DNA of 64,000 nt from Candidatus Hodarchaeum mangrovi (GCA_016839515.1 JAEOUE010000127.1:28014-92013); one strand, 5' to 3'; counted from the first letter of the stretch, positions 19,555-29,517 are shown. Notes: generated from the letters alone by a model not told the origin. Translations and numbers: made by a program.

Positions 19555-22302
19555 TCAATGTAAAGCCTGTAAAATATCATTATAATCATCCCCAATACTT
19601 GAAACACCACCTGAAACGATCTCATCTGCCAAGAGTTTTGCGCTCTGTTTATCTAATTGTGAATTATTATTACTACACCGTGGTAAGAAAACACATCGGG
19701 GACAACCTTCTTTACAAGAACAATCAAGGATAGAAATAATTCGATTAAACAATTCTTCTAAGTGTTGAAGTAGCATTGCACACACCCCTGATCCAGATCC
19801 TTGATCAAAAAGTAAAATATAACCAGAAGGTAACAATGTTAAACCTCCAATCTCTGTTAATTGTCCCCCAATAAAAGGAAGACTAGCATGAAGAAGAACA
19901 TGAACCAATGTGTGCAAACCGGAAGCTAAACTGGATTGATCTTGGATATGGAGCTGTGGTACTTTAAATAATATTCCTTTAGATCGTGATGAATAAAAAA
20001 GGGGATCCTGTAGCTTTTGGACACTGGTACCAGAGGGAATTTCCAAGGTATAACCATAAACAGTCCATAATATTTTGACTTCAACATAACCAGCTTCGAT
20101 TCCTAAAACGACCTGTTTCTTCAAAATAGAGAGGATCTCTGGTTTCATAGAAGAGAGGGGAAAAGTGGATCCCCAAACATTTTTTGGTTTAATTAATTCA
20201 GCACTTCCTCTTAAACCACTAAAATAAAAACTAGAAACTTTATAGCGGATTCCTCCTGCGTAATAGAATGCTCCAGGGTGTAGTTCAAACATCGCAAGTG
20301 GCATGGCTCTTCGACCAATAGTTTTTCCTCCCTTCAATCGGATAAAAACTTCATGATTTTTTCCACGAATTGAATATCTCTGAGCTTTTTCTCTACCAGC
20401 TTCTGTTGGAGTGAGCCATATCTCATCTTTCACCATTAAGTAGTTCTCTTTGACCAATCTATTCAATACAGTATAAAAAGGAGGAAATTCTAAGGGACTA
20501 ATTGATATATCGCGATCTAACGCCGTACAAAGGAGCTGATGTTCTGCAACAAATGGATTTGAAGGATCGAAGTACACATCCTCAACATCAGTATAATATG
20601 TTGCTGGGTTTTCCAGATAAAATTGACTTATTGGATCATCAGCATTCAGGAGAATAATAGCAATAGCTTCTTGACCTGATCGTCCAGCACGACCAATTCG
20701 CTGCATAGCACGATTAACAGCAATTGGAGGAGTTATTACAACATTGATATCTCCAATATCTATCCCTAATTCAAGGGTTGGTGTTGCTAAAAGTACATTC
20801 AATAACCCTTCACGAAAATTATGTTCGACCTCCTCTCTCATGCTTTTTGATAATCCTGCACGGTGTATAGCAACCTTTCGATCTTTTCCTCCAAGTTTTT
20901 GATAAAGGAATTCAACCTTACGATGGCTATCTTGAAAGATTAACATCTTACCATAAGATTTGATACTATTAACTAAAGACACTAAGCTATCGGTTGTAGA
21001 TATAGATGGGTAAGGAGAAAGTATCAAAAAATGCAATTTACCTCTTTTTCCATTTTCGCATTCTATTACCTTAATTGGTCTCTCAAGCAACATTGATACG
21101 AAGTTTGATGCATTTGCTACAGTAGCTGAGGAACCAATGAATTGAATTTTGGTTTGAATGACTCTTTCTAACCTTTTCAAGATAAAATACATATTGCTTC
21201 CTAAAGTTCCCGAGTAAGAATGTATTTCGTCTAGTATGACTAGTTTCACTGATGCTAATAGTTCTTGAAATCTTAAAGCGTTTTTTCCTATTCCTAAATG
21301 ATAATTTAATATATCTGGGTTCGTGATCAGAATTTCAGGAGGATTAACATAAATTTTTTTTCTTTGATAATGACTAGTATCACCATCAAATACACTAACT
21401 GTTAATCCAACCTTTTCTGCGAGATCCACAATCTTTCGATGTTGATCCTTTGCAAGTGCTTTCATTGGATAGATAAGTAGCAACTGAACTCCATAACCTT
21501 TGAATCTTTTCACTTTCTCTAAAGCTGGAAGGAGAAATGCTTCTGTTTTTCCATTTCCTGTTGGTGCTACAATACAAACATCTTCACCTCGAATAATAAT
21601 TTCAAATGCTTCTTTTTGAAACTTAAATAAGTGAGATATACCTTTTTCAATAAAAAATCGTTTTATCTCTGGATCTAGATCTGCCTTATCAATTGAAATC
21701 CCATTTTCTCCTGACTGTTCTGGGAAAAGACGGTAATCGACAATTTGATGTTGATTATGATTTATAATTTTTCTAATTGGGAATGGAATCTGTTCCATAG
21801 GAATATTATAGATAACAGCAAATGAATTTAAATTTAAAACTGTGGAAGGTGCAGTCTTTTTCAGTTGTAATCCATCTTGAAGTCCCAATTCTTGAACTTG
21901 TGGAATAGGCTTCAATTTTCCTGAACTTTTCAAACGTAGTTTTGTTGCTTTTTGTAATTGTGGACTTCCTCCTCCGAAAGAATAGTATTTTCTAAGACAA
22001 ATTTCACCTTTCTGTATATCTTTTAACTTGAAATACAATTTACTTAATTCTTTCCAAGTTTGGCTATGAGTTCTATCAATTTCTAGAATGCGTGCATAAA
22101 ATTTCTTAGCTAATCCAACCTGTTTTAATTTAATTAATAATTGAGCGCATTCACTTAGAAGATCAAGAGGTATGCTATCTACTTTGAGAAATCGTTGAAC
22201 TCGTTCTAAAAAATCTCTAACATTCTTTGTTTCTTGATATTCGGTATACCATTCGTAATATTGGGTCCAATAAGGGTGCTCCTTTACTTTTAGTGTTGAC
22301 AT
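19555..22302 (-). CDS. Hrq1/YprA(MrfA)/SftH-family DEAH helicase with DUF1998 and N-terminal TPR
   Basis: FQKEA, APTGNGKT, YPMKALAKDQ, DEIH, SAT, LELGIDIG, QRIGRAGR; C-terminal CSCKEGCPRC; TPR helices in the first ~110 aa. Confidence 0.92.
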   Translation of the reverse strand: MSTLKVKEHPYWTQYYEWYTEYQETKNVRDFLERVQRFLKVDSIPLDLLSECAQLLIKLKQVGLAKKFYARILEIDRTHSQTWKELSKLYFKLKDIQKGEICLRKYYSFGGGSPQLQKATKLRLKSSGKLKPIPQVQELGLQDGLQLKKTAPSTVLNLNSFAVIYNIPMEQIPFPIRKIINHNQHQIVDYRLFPEQSGENGISIDKADLDPEIKRFFIEKGISHLFKFQKEAFEIIIRGEDVCIVAPTGNGKTEAFLLPALEKVKRFKGYGVQLLLIYPMKALAKDQHRKIVDLAEKVGLTVSVFDGDTSHYQRKKIYVNPPEILITNPDILNYHLGIGKNALRFQELLASVKLVILDEIHSYSGTLGSNMYFILKRLERVIQTKIQFIGSSATVANASNFVSMLLERPIKVIECENGKRGKLHFLILSPYPSISTTDSLVSLVNSIKSYGKMLIFQDSHRKVEFLYQKLGGKDRKVAIHRAGLSKSMREEVEHNFREGLLNVLLATPTLELGIDIGDINVVITPPIAVNRAMQRIGRAGRSGQEAIAIILLNADDPISQFYLENPATYYTDVEDVYFDPSNPFVAEHQLLCTALDRDISISPLEFPPFYTVLNRLVKENYLMVKDEIWLTPTEAGREKAQRYSIRGKNHEVFIRLKGGKTIGRRAMPLAMFELHPGAFYYAGGIRYKVSSFYFSGLRGSAELIKPKNVWGSTFPLSSMKPEILSILKKQVVLGIEAGYVEVKILWTVYGYTLEIPSGTSVQKLQDPLFYSSRSKGILFKVPQLHIQDQSSLASGLHTLVHVLLHASLPFIGGQLTEIGGLTLLPSGYILLFDQGSGSGVCAMLLQHLEELFNRIISILDCSCKEGCPRCVFLPRCSNNNSQLDKQSAKLLADEIVSGGVSSIGDDYNDILQALH

Positions 22303-22464
22303 AACTACTTCAGTAGCTATTGACCTTTTAGCTTAAGTATTCAAAACCAATGTTGCTACTTTTCCAAGGGATTTTGTCTTCCCATTCTAAAAATCATTTT
22401 TTCGAATATATAAACTAAATGAGTATTATTGTCTACTGAATAGAAATATTCAAGATATAGGAGT

Positions 22465-23901
22465 ATGAAGATTGTGATAATAAGCCAAAAAATCCTCAGA
22501 GATGAGACTTATTCTCATTTTTTGAATGATCCATCCAATTTTGTAAAGGCATCTAATGAGGACCTGTGGTCTCTCGACCCAACTATTATTATTCAAATCC
22601 AACTTGAACATCTTAAAAAACGCTTTAATTATTTTTTCTCCCGAATTCAGGCTTTAAAGATATTAGCTTCAGAACAGGGAATTTCAAAAATTGAAACATT
22701 GGAAGATATAATACCTATACTCTTTAGTCATACGGTTTATAAGTCTTATCCACTCTCTTTAATTGAAAAAAAACGATTTCATTCCCTTACTCAGTGGTTA
22801 GATAAATTGACTATCCACAACCTGTCCATAATAGATACATCAAACTGTAATACTATTGATGAATGGCTAGAACGTTTAGAACAGCAATCAGATCTACAAG
22901 TAGTTCATTCCTCCGGTACATCTGGGAAATTATCTTTTCTTCCCCGAAGTGAATCAGAAATGGAGAATTTTAAAAATGCATTTTACTTATTTGTTGAAGT
23001 TTTAACAGGGGTAGATGCTCATGTCACGAATCTTCCAGTTTTCTTTCCAAGTTATCAGAATGGTCGTCAATTAGCTCAACGTGTTCTAGGAAGATATGGC
23101 CCTTTACTTGCTGGATCTCTAGATGAATATCATACTGCATTTCCAGGTTTTATGTCTGCAGACTTCATGTCATTAGCAGGAAGGGTGCAAGCAGCTAAAT
23201 CAAAAGGAGAACTTGGGAAGCTTCAAATGATTAAGGCTGTAACCTATAATAAAGGAGAATTACTGAAATTGAAAAGAAATAGATCTAAATTTCTAGATGA
23301 GTTTTTTCAAAATATGATAGAAAATTATCATGGAAAACAGGTATTTTTGATGGGTACGTTCCCTACTCTTATTGAAGCAGCATTTGAAGGTGAGAAACGA
23401 GGATTACGATCTATCTTTGCCCCCAATAGTGCTATTGTAACTGGAGGAGGCATGAAAGGAAAAAAATATCCTGAAGATTGGTACAAAAGGACATGTGCTT
23501 TTTATGGCGTAAAAGCTATTAGAGATGGATATGGGATGACTGAAACAACTGGATATATGCCAAGTTGTGAGCTTAACCATTATCATATTTATCCCTTCTT
23601 AATCCCCTTTGTATTAGATCCACAAACAGGTACATCTCTCCCTCGAATTGGTAGTCAAACTGGTCGTTTTGCCTTCTATGATCTGCTCACCGAGAGCTAT
23701 TGGGGTGGTTTTATTACTGGTGATGAAGTTACCCTTAATTTCACGGATCAATGTAATTGTGGACGAAAAGGTCCTTGGCTTGAAAAAAAAATCCAACGTT
23801 ATAGTGAAAAACAAAATGGCGATGATAAGATAAGTTGTGCTGGTGTCCAAGACGCTTATGATAATTTCATTGATTATCTTTTAGAATCCTTAGAGGAATA
23901 A
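22465..23901 (+). CDS. LuxE-like acyl-protein synthetase (ANL adenylating fold)
   Basis: SSGTSG P-loop, TGGG.KG, YGMTE, FITGD, CNCGRKG; directly upstream of a luxC-like gene. Confidence 0.8.
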   Translation: MKIVIISQKILRDETYSHFLNDPSNFVKASNEDLWSLDPTIIIQIQLEHLKKRFNYFFSRIQALKILASEQGISKIETLEDIIPILFSHTVYKSYPLSLIEKKRFHSLTQWLDKLTIHNLSIIDTSNCNTIDEWLERLEQQSDLQVVHSSGTSGKLSFLPRSESEMENFKNAFYLFVEVLTGVDAHVTNLPVFFPSYQNGRQLAQRVLGRYGPLLAGSLDEYHTAFPGFMSADFMSLAGRVQAAKSKGELGKLQMIKAVTYNKGELLKLKRNRSKFLDEFFQNMIENYHGKQVFLMGTFPTLIEAAFEGEKRGLRSIFAPNSAIVTGGGMKGKKYPEDWYKRTCAFYGVKAIRDGYGMTETTGYMPSCELNHYHIYPFLIPFVLDPQTGTSLPRIGSQTGRFAFYDLLTESYWGGFITGDEVTLNFTDQCNCGRKGPWLEKKIQRYSEKQNGDDKISCAGVQDAYDNFIDYLLESLEE

Positions 23902-23930
23902 TCCACCCTATTCATCTTCTTGGTGAGTAT

Positions 23931-25403
23931 ATGCAGTTAATCTATCCCTTTAAATCTTCTGTTGAAACAATAAAATTAGATGAATCATATCAGATTCCTA
24001 TTATTGCTAGAGGACGTGTAATTACAGAATATTCGCAATCTTTTGGGGGAAGATATGGAGCTACGACTTTTATCACCCCAGATTGTAAAAAATATTTACA
24101 ATCAATTGTTCAATCTAATCCTTCTGCTTTAAAAGGACTTTACAATCTGTCAATTGATGAAATTCTTGATTTTTTACATGATTTTGGCCAACATTTGACT
24201 TTAGGAGAGAATGAATATTTGAATCAAGCATTTGAGCATAGTTGTGAAGCATCAGGTCTCACAGCTCCAGTTTTAAGAAATATATATGATTCTCTTTCTC
24301 TTTTCCTTAATAAAAATGTTCTTCGTGAGATGCTTGAAAAAAGAATTGGTATTCGTTATCTTGAAGAATGGGTTCCAACTGAGTTAATTGACGGACGCAC
24401 TGTTTATATCAGAGCTTTTGGATCAAGGACAGTTCATATTATCGCAGGCAATGTTCCTCTTGTTGCAGTAGGAACTATTGCACGTAGCTGTGCTACTCGA
24501 TGTGATACTATCATTAAACTTCCGTCTAATGACCCTTTTACAGCAATTGCACTGGTTCGTACAATGATTGACATGGAACCAAATCACCCTATCACTAAAT
24601 CCATTTCAGTAGCTTATTGGAAAGGTGGAGATGTTAATTTTGAGCAGAAATTATATAGACCTGAAAATATTGAGAAAATTATTGCATGGGGGGGATTTGC
24701 TTCCATAAAGCATATTACGCGCTATTTACAGCCAGGAATTGATCTTATTACATTAGATCCAAAATTAAGTACCTCAATTATAGGTATGGAAGCTTTTTCT
24801 GATGAAAATACTCTCCGTACTGTAGCCCAGCGTGCTGCAATTGATGTTGGAGCTTTTAATCAGGAAGCTTGTGTGAATAGTAGAATAATTTACGTCCAAT
24901 CAGGTACCGATCCTGAAGGTATCAAAAAATTGAATATATTGGCCGCTTACCTTTACTATTCTCTACTAAAACTTCCTAGCAATGTTTCTACCCCCAGTAA
25001 GGCGATAAATCCTGAAGTGAATGCATTAATTGATGGATTACGTCTTAATAACGATTTTTACAGAATTTTCGGTGGCGAAAATAATGAAGGATGTGTCATT
25101 GTCTCTCAGTTTGATGAACCAGTTGATTTTTCAACCAAGCTTTGTGGTCGTATTGTAAATTTAGTACCCATCGATGATTTACAAACTGCGATTAAATCAG
25201 TAAATAGTTATACACAAACTGTTGGAGTTTATCCTGAACAGCTGAAAAAGGAAATTCGTGACGATTTAATATTACACGGTGTCCAACGAATTGTTAGTTT
25301 AGGTTTTGCTACCATGGGTTCATTTGGTACTCCTCAAGATGGTATTGAACCTCTACGTCGTATATGCAAATGGATTATGGATGAATCAAGTATACCTTCT
25401 TAA
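23931..25403 (+). CDS. luxC: LuxC-like acyl-CoA reductase (ALDH superfamily)
   Basis: HIIAGNVP, IIKLPS, YWKGG, IIAWGG, catalytic NQEAC, QTVGVYP. Confidence 0.88.
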   Translation: MQLIYPFKSSVETIKLDESYQIPIIARGRVITEYSQSFGGRYGATTFITPDCKKYLQSIVQSNPSALKGLYNLSIDEILDFLHDFGQHLTLGENEYLNQAFEHSCEASGLTAPVLRNIYDSLSLFLNKNVLREMLEKRIGIRYLEEWVPTELIDGRTVYIRAFGSRTVHIIAGNVPLVAVGTIARSCATRCDTIIKLPSNDPFTAIALVRTMIDMEPNHPITKSISVAYWKGGDVNFEQKLYRPENIEKIIAWGGFASIKHITRYLQPGIDLITLDPKLSTSIIGMEAFSDENTLRTVAQRAAIDVGAFNQEACVNSRIIYVQSGTDPEGIKKLNILAAYLYYSLLKLPSNVSTPSKAINPEVNALIDGLRLNNDFYRIFGGENNEGCVIVSQFDEPVDFSTKLCGRIVNLVPIDDLQTAIKSVNSYTQTVGVYPEQLKKEIRDDLILHGVQRIVSLGFATMGSFGTPQDGIEPLRRICKWIMDESSIPS

Positions 25404-25490
25404 ATGATTTCCAGTTTTTTTCTCTGTTTGCAGTAAACAAATCCTTTTTTATATGATAATATTTTTGTATTTTAAAAGAGGTTTTATTAT

Positions 25491-26141
25491 ATGAATCAGG
25501 AGTCTCCTTCTCCTCCTTCTCTTCGCAATATCTTGAATGAAATAAACTCTTTATCAGGATATCGTCGTGCAGAAATAATAAAACAATTAGGTCAAATGGA
25601 TCTTCAAATTCAAGATATACCACTAGAAATCCATACAGCTTTAGAAAAAGCGCTTTTAGATCCAATGCCCGAGGTCCGAAAGGAAACAATTATGGCTTTA
25701 ACTTTTTTAGAGGGAAATATTGCCTTTCCTTTAATAGAACCGCTTTTAGAAGATCCAGAAATTTCAGTTGTAGGTACAGTGATAGCTGCTATTGGTTTTC
25801 TGAAATTTAATCCTTCTCCTGAACTTATTAATAAATTAATTGCATTCATGAGCTCACCTAATCCAGAGATCCGAGATAGAACAGCAAGAGCCATTGGACG
25901 ATTAAAGATCCAAAGCGCATCAGAGTCACTTATTAACTTAGCTAGTAATGATCCTTCTCCTGTAGTCCGTGCAGGAGCATTAGTTGGTCTTGGAATGCTT
26001 GGGAAGAATAGTGATCCAAGCGATCAAACACTATACTATAAACTTCTTCAATTGTTAGAATCTGAGACTTCACATCTAGTTATATCAGCAATTAAAGAGA
26101 CTTTGACCATTATTAAGAATCCATTGGACACTGATCGCTAA
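25491..26141 (+). CDS. HEAT-repeat protein
   Basis: Repeats LLDPMPEVR, SPNPEIR..ARAIG, DPSPVVRAGALVGLG. Confidence 0.88.
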   Translation: MNQESPSPPSLRNILNEINSLSGYRRAEIIKQLGQMDLQIQDIPLEIHTALEKALLDPMPEVRKETIMALTFLEGNIAFPLIEPLLEDPEISVVGTVIAAIGFLKFNPSPELINKLIAFMSSPNPEIRDRTARAIGRLKIQSASESLINLASNDPSPVVRAGALVGLGMLGKNSDPSDQTLYYKLLQLLESETSHLVISAIKETLTIIKNPLDTDR

Positions 26142-26154
26142 TAGAACGTCTAAA

Positions 26155-27120
26155 TTAGCTAAGTTCAACCCATTGCTCTGGGGAAAACCATCCATGGGTT
26201 CTCTTTTCTTCAAGTATTTCATCACGAAAATCAGGGAAAAAATAGGTTACACCTCCCATTATACTCTCAATACTTTTTAACCCTGCTAGATCAGACAGGA
26301 AATTATGGACTTTGTCAATTTCTGAATAAGAGGAACACAAGAAGCCAATAATTAACACCTGATAATCTATTACTCTCCATGATTTCCAAAAGCTTCCTTT
26401 AAACTTTTCTCTAAGTTCCCATTCAAGCTCTTCTTGTAAAAGCTGAGTTAATAGGTCTAAAGTCAAACAAAAAACTGTAAATGATTCTTTTTTGGATTGT
26501 GCAGGATTGATGTAAATAGTTTCGTCGATTAATCCAGCCTGTCGAAGGAAATATAATCTATCAGCGATGACTTCAACATCAATTTTAGTTCTAATTGAAA
26601 GTTCTTGAATGGAAAGACGCCCTTGTTCTCTGAGATGTGATAAAATAAGCCAATCCACCTTCTCAAAGACATGTGTACCACGCATTTCAGGATAAGGATG
26701 AATAGCTGAGGGGGATCGTTGCAACCGAAAGATCCGTAGATCAATGAAATTTTTGTGAAATTGGCCAAAATGGTTCAGTAGGTCAGAAAGATCATCTTCA
26801 TTGCGGTAATGGATCATAGCAAAACCTTCAGTATGATCTTTTGACATTGAAATATATTCTACACACGATTGAACTCCGAGAAGGGTCACTCTTTCAGTCA
26901 CAAGAGGGATATTTGACCTGAAAAATAGGAAAGCATCATTTCCGAATATTAAAGGAGAAGGGACAACAGTAAACTTCAAAATTAATCGATCATTAACCAT
27001 CTGTCTGATACGAGATCCCACTTCATTAGTTGATATTTTAAGTTTCGTTGCTAAATCAGTAAAAGAAATTCTACAGTTCTTTGACAGCTCGAATATCAAA
27101 GTTCGGTCAATTATGTCCAT
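26155..27120 (-). CDS. Double-module Lrp/AsnC-family transcriptional regulator
   Basis: Two HTH units (DIIDRTLIFELSKNCRISFTDLA; KVDWLILSHLREQGRLSIQELS), each followed by a RAM-like domain. Confidence 0.85.
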   Translation of the reverse strand: MDIIDRTLIFELSKNCRISFTDLATKLKISTNEVGSRIRQMVNDRLILKFTVVPSPLIFGNDAFLFFRSNIPLVTERVTLLGVQSCVEYISMSKDHTEGFAMIHYRNEDDLSDLLNHFGQFHKNFIDLRIFRLQRSPSAIHPYPEMRGTHVFEKVDWLILSHLREQGRLSIQELSIRTKIDVEVIADRLYFLRQAGLIDETIYINPAQSKKESFTVFCLTLDLLTQLLQEELEWELREKFKGSFWKSWRVIDYQVLIIGFLCSSYSEIDKVHNFLSDLAGLKSIESIMGGVTYFFPDFRDEILEEKRTHGWFSPEQWVELS

Positions 27121-27347
27121 GATTTCACCTATCTGTTAAAATCTGTTAAAATTCTTCAATTATTATTATTCCTTCCATTCCTTCATAAATAAAACATTTG
27201 AATAATTGTATTATATTATTTAAATTCTATCGAATTTGTATTACTTATCAGACTTCAAAAGGTTTTTCTGATTAGTAACAAAACAACTAATTTTATTGTA
27301 ATTAAATCTTTTTTAATATAAGTTCAGACTTTAATATGAATATTTAT

Positions 27348-27480
27348 TTGTTGACGATCATATTGATATGTTTGTAGTTAATCATCTAGGATATTTTTTC
27401 TAGGTACTCTTATTTAATAATTGCAGTAGGGATAACATTTTTATACTTGTTGATTGTTGATTGTTGATGATCATCAACAA
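27348..27480. promoter_or_regulatory. Palindromic operator-like array
   Basis: Perfect 20-bp palindrome TTGTTGATGATCATCAACAA at 27461-27480; TTGTTGA x3 at 27447-27467; 14/20 copies at 27348-27367 and 27372-27391. Confidence 0.65.
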
Positions 27481-27567
27481 ATATTTTATCTCAACTAGAT
27501 GGCTAATATGCCTCAATGAGAATAGATGAGTATTATCTACCTTAAAAGAGAGAAAAATAACCCTTAA

Positions 27568-27834
27568 GTGATTAAAATGGCAATTACTGAACAAAGTAAT
27601 CAAATCGGAACTGAAGAATTCGAGCATGTAGTAAATCATCTTCCTAAATCAGCCCGTGAGATCTTTCGCGTTTTGAAACAAAATGGTGCCCTGAAACCGC
27701 AAGAAATCGGGTCATATACCACACTTTCACATCGGACGATCCGATATGCTTTAAAAATTTTGGTAGATCATGAATATATCCAAAGAGTTCCTGATCTACA
27801 CGATTTACGCTCTCACTTCTACACTATAAACTAG
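27568..27834 (+). CDS. Small winged-helix DNA-binding protein
   Basis: LPKSAREIFRVL...LSHRTIRYALKILVDHEYIQR.PDLHDLR; start possibly the later ATG (MAITEQ). Confidence 0.85.
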   Translation: MIKMAITEQSNQIGTEEFEHVVNHLPKSAREIFRVLKQNGALKPQEIGSYTTLSHRTIRYALKILVDHEYIQRVPDLHDLRSHFYTIN

Positions 27835-28036
27835 GAAAATTGAAATTATTCCTCCTTTAAGATATATTTTCAAAACAAGGCTATCAGATACTTCATGGGA
27901 TTTGATTGATCTCTGGTTTATATGAAACTATTGATCAATAAGAACAGAGAATTCACCTTTAATCTAATATAATATCAATTTACTATTCAAAAAAGTAATA
28001 AGTCAGTGTCTCTATCAGATTATGTAGGGTTTATGC

Positions 28037-28642
28037 ATGAATACTTCAGGAGATCCTCGCTCTAGTAACAAAAAACCAAATAAAAATTCTCCTGAAATTG
28101 ATTCTGGAACAACAAACAAAGATAATATTGATCAAATTTTTACTGATGTTGTTACAGAAATTCAAAAAACGAATGAGAACCTTCAACTCATGATAAGGGG
28201 TCTTCACTCTGAGATTAAAGAACTAAAAGATGAAATTGAGTCAATTAGTAAGACAGTAGATGATTATATCCAGAAAGATATTAAAAGAAGTATAGATTCT
28301 CGCATTAAAGATATTTCTACCGGCCTAGATCTTCTTACAAACATTCCTACACATCTTCGAAGAACATTTGAAATGATATATACACAAGGAGGAAAGAAAG
28401 GATTATCTGCCAAGGAAGTTGCTGATAGGACCCAAAAAAGCCGTTCTCTTGAGAGTGATTATTTAAACCAATTAGTTGATCTTGGTTATATATTAAAAGA
28501 AAAGGATGGAAAAAGTGTATTTTTCTTTTACGATTTTTCTGATCAAGAAGAAGATGAAAATGGAGTATCTCAATCAAATATTTTATCTGATGTCAACGGA
28601 GCAAAGACAACAGTTTCATCAGTAAAAAAAAATAATAATTAA
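28037..28642 (+). CDS. Coiled-coil plus winged-helix protein
   Basis: Heptad segment followed by SAKEVADRTQKSRSLESDYLNQLVDLGY. Confidence 0.8.
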   Translation: MNTSGDPRSSNKKPNKNSPEIDSGTTNKDNIDQIFTDVVTEIQKTNENLQLMIRGLHSEIKELKDEIESISKTVDDYIQKDIKRSIDSRIKDISTGLDLLTNIPTHLRRTFEMIYTQGGKKGLSAKEVADRTQKSRSLESDYLNQLVDLGYILKEKDGKSVFFFYDFSDQEEDENGVSQSNILSDVNGAKTTVSSVKKNNN

Positions 28643-28692
28643 GGTAAAATAATAAATTAAAGAAGAATAAAAATTATATAGTTGGGATTTCA

Positions 28693-29490
28693 ATGAAGAT
28701 AATAGCATTTCATTCTTATAAGGGAGGAACTGGAAAAACGCACTTAAGCGCTAATCTAGCAACTATACTAGCTCGAAAGGGTTATAAAACTGTGATATTA
28801 GATCTAGACTTTCGTGGACCAAATCTTCAGACACTATGTGCCATTGATGGTAATATAACAACAATAAATGATTTGTTATTTGATCCTGACTTAACAGGAC
28901 AAGATATTCTTGTTTCTTTTGAAGATAAGTTTAAGATTCCTCTTTATGCTGCTTTTGCTTCAACAGATTTTCGAAAAATGGGCGATATCGTTAGAGCAGA
29001 TAAAAAACAACGTCAACGTTCTTTAAAAAGAATTTTACGTCTTCGTGATGAGCTATCAGAAGCTGGTTTTGATTTTGCAATAATTGATACCTCTCCTGGT
29101 GTTCAAATGGAATCTATTGATGGATTAGTTATATCCGATGTTACTTGCTTAGTCCTTAAAGCTGATGATTTTGATATTACAGGAACCAAAAGCATGGTGA
29201 CACAACTATATTCCTTATTGGATAGTAAAAATTACGTTGTTTTAAATAGAGTTGTAGCAGAAACCTGCCCACCTGAACATGGAGAATGGAGCCCTTCAGA
29301 CCTCAAATTAGTTGAATCTTTTGAAAATAAGATCAATGAAGAAATGAGAATGAAGGTTATCACTTCAATCCCTTGTTTCTGTGAAGTGGCTCGTGAGGGG
29401 TCACGAAATATATTTAGTCAAATACATCCAGATCATCCATTCTCTGCACACATTGAAAAATTAGCTGATAGAATCCTAGAAGGACTTTGA
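28693..29490 (+). CDS. MinD/ParA-family ATPase
   Basis: Deviant Walker A KGGTGKT, LDLD, IIDTSPG, VLNRV. Confidence 0.92.
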   Translation: MKIIAFHSYKGGTGKTHLSANLATILARKGYKTVILDLDFRGPNLQTLCAIDGNITTINDLLFDPDLTGQDILVSFEDKFKIPLYAAFASTDFRKMGDIVRADKKQRQRSLKRILRLRDELSEAGFDFAIIDTSPGVQMESIDGLVISDVTCLVLKADDFDITGTKSMVTQLYSLLDSKNYVVLNRVVAETCPPEHGEWSPSDLKLVESFENKINEEMRMKVITSIPCFCEVAREGSRNIFSQIHPDHPFSAHIEKLADRILEGL

Positions 29491-29517
29491 TTGGGAAGAT
29501 AAAAAAGGGGAAAAGAG

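Noticed and set aside
208-22302. Integrated mobile element or provirus as the explanation for the repair cluster
   Set aside because: No integrase, transposase, capsid protein, tRNA target or att-like repeats seen; the left boundary is outside the window, so it is not fully excluded.
22465-25403. Bioluminescence operon
   Set aside because: No luxA/luxB luciferase or luxD nearby; luxCE-like pairs also occur in non-luminous organisms.
27131-27150. Direct repeat ATCTGTTAAA x2 upstream of the Lrp gene
   Set aside because: Only two AT-rich copies; could be a slippage duplication, and no function is supportable.
27400-27639. 79-aa minus-strand ORF across the palindrome
   Set aside because: Overlaps the wHTH gene on the opposite strand and the regulatory repeats; no protein features.
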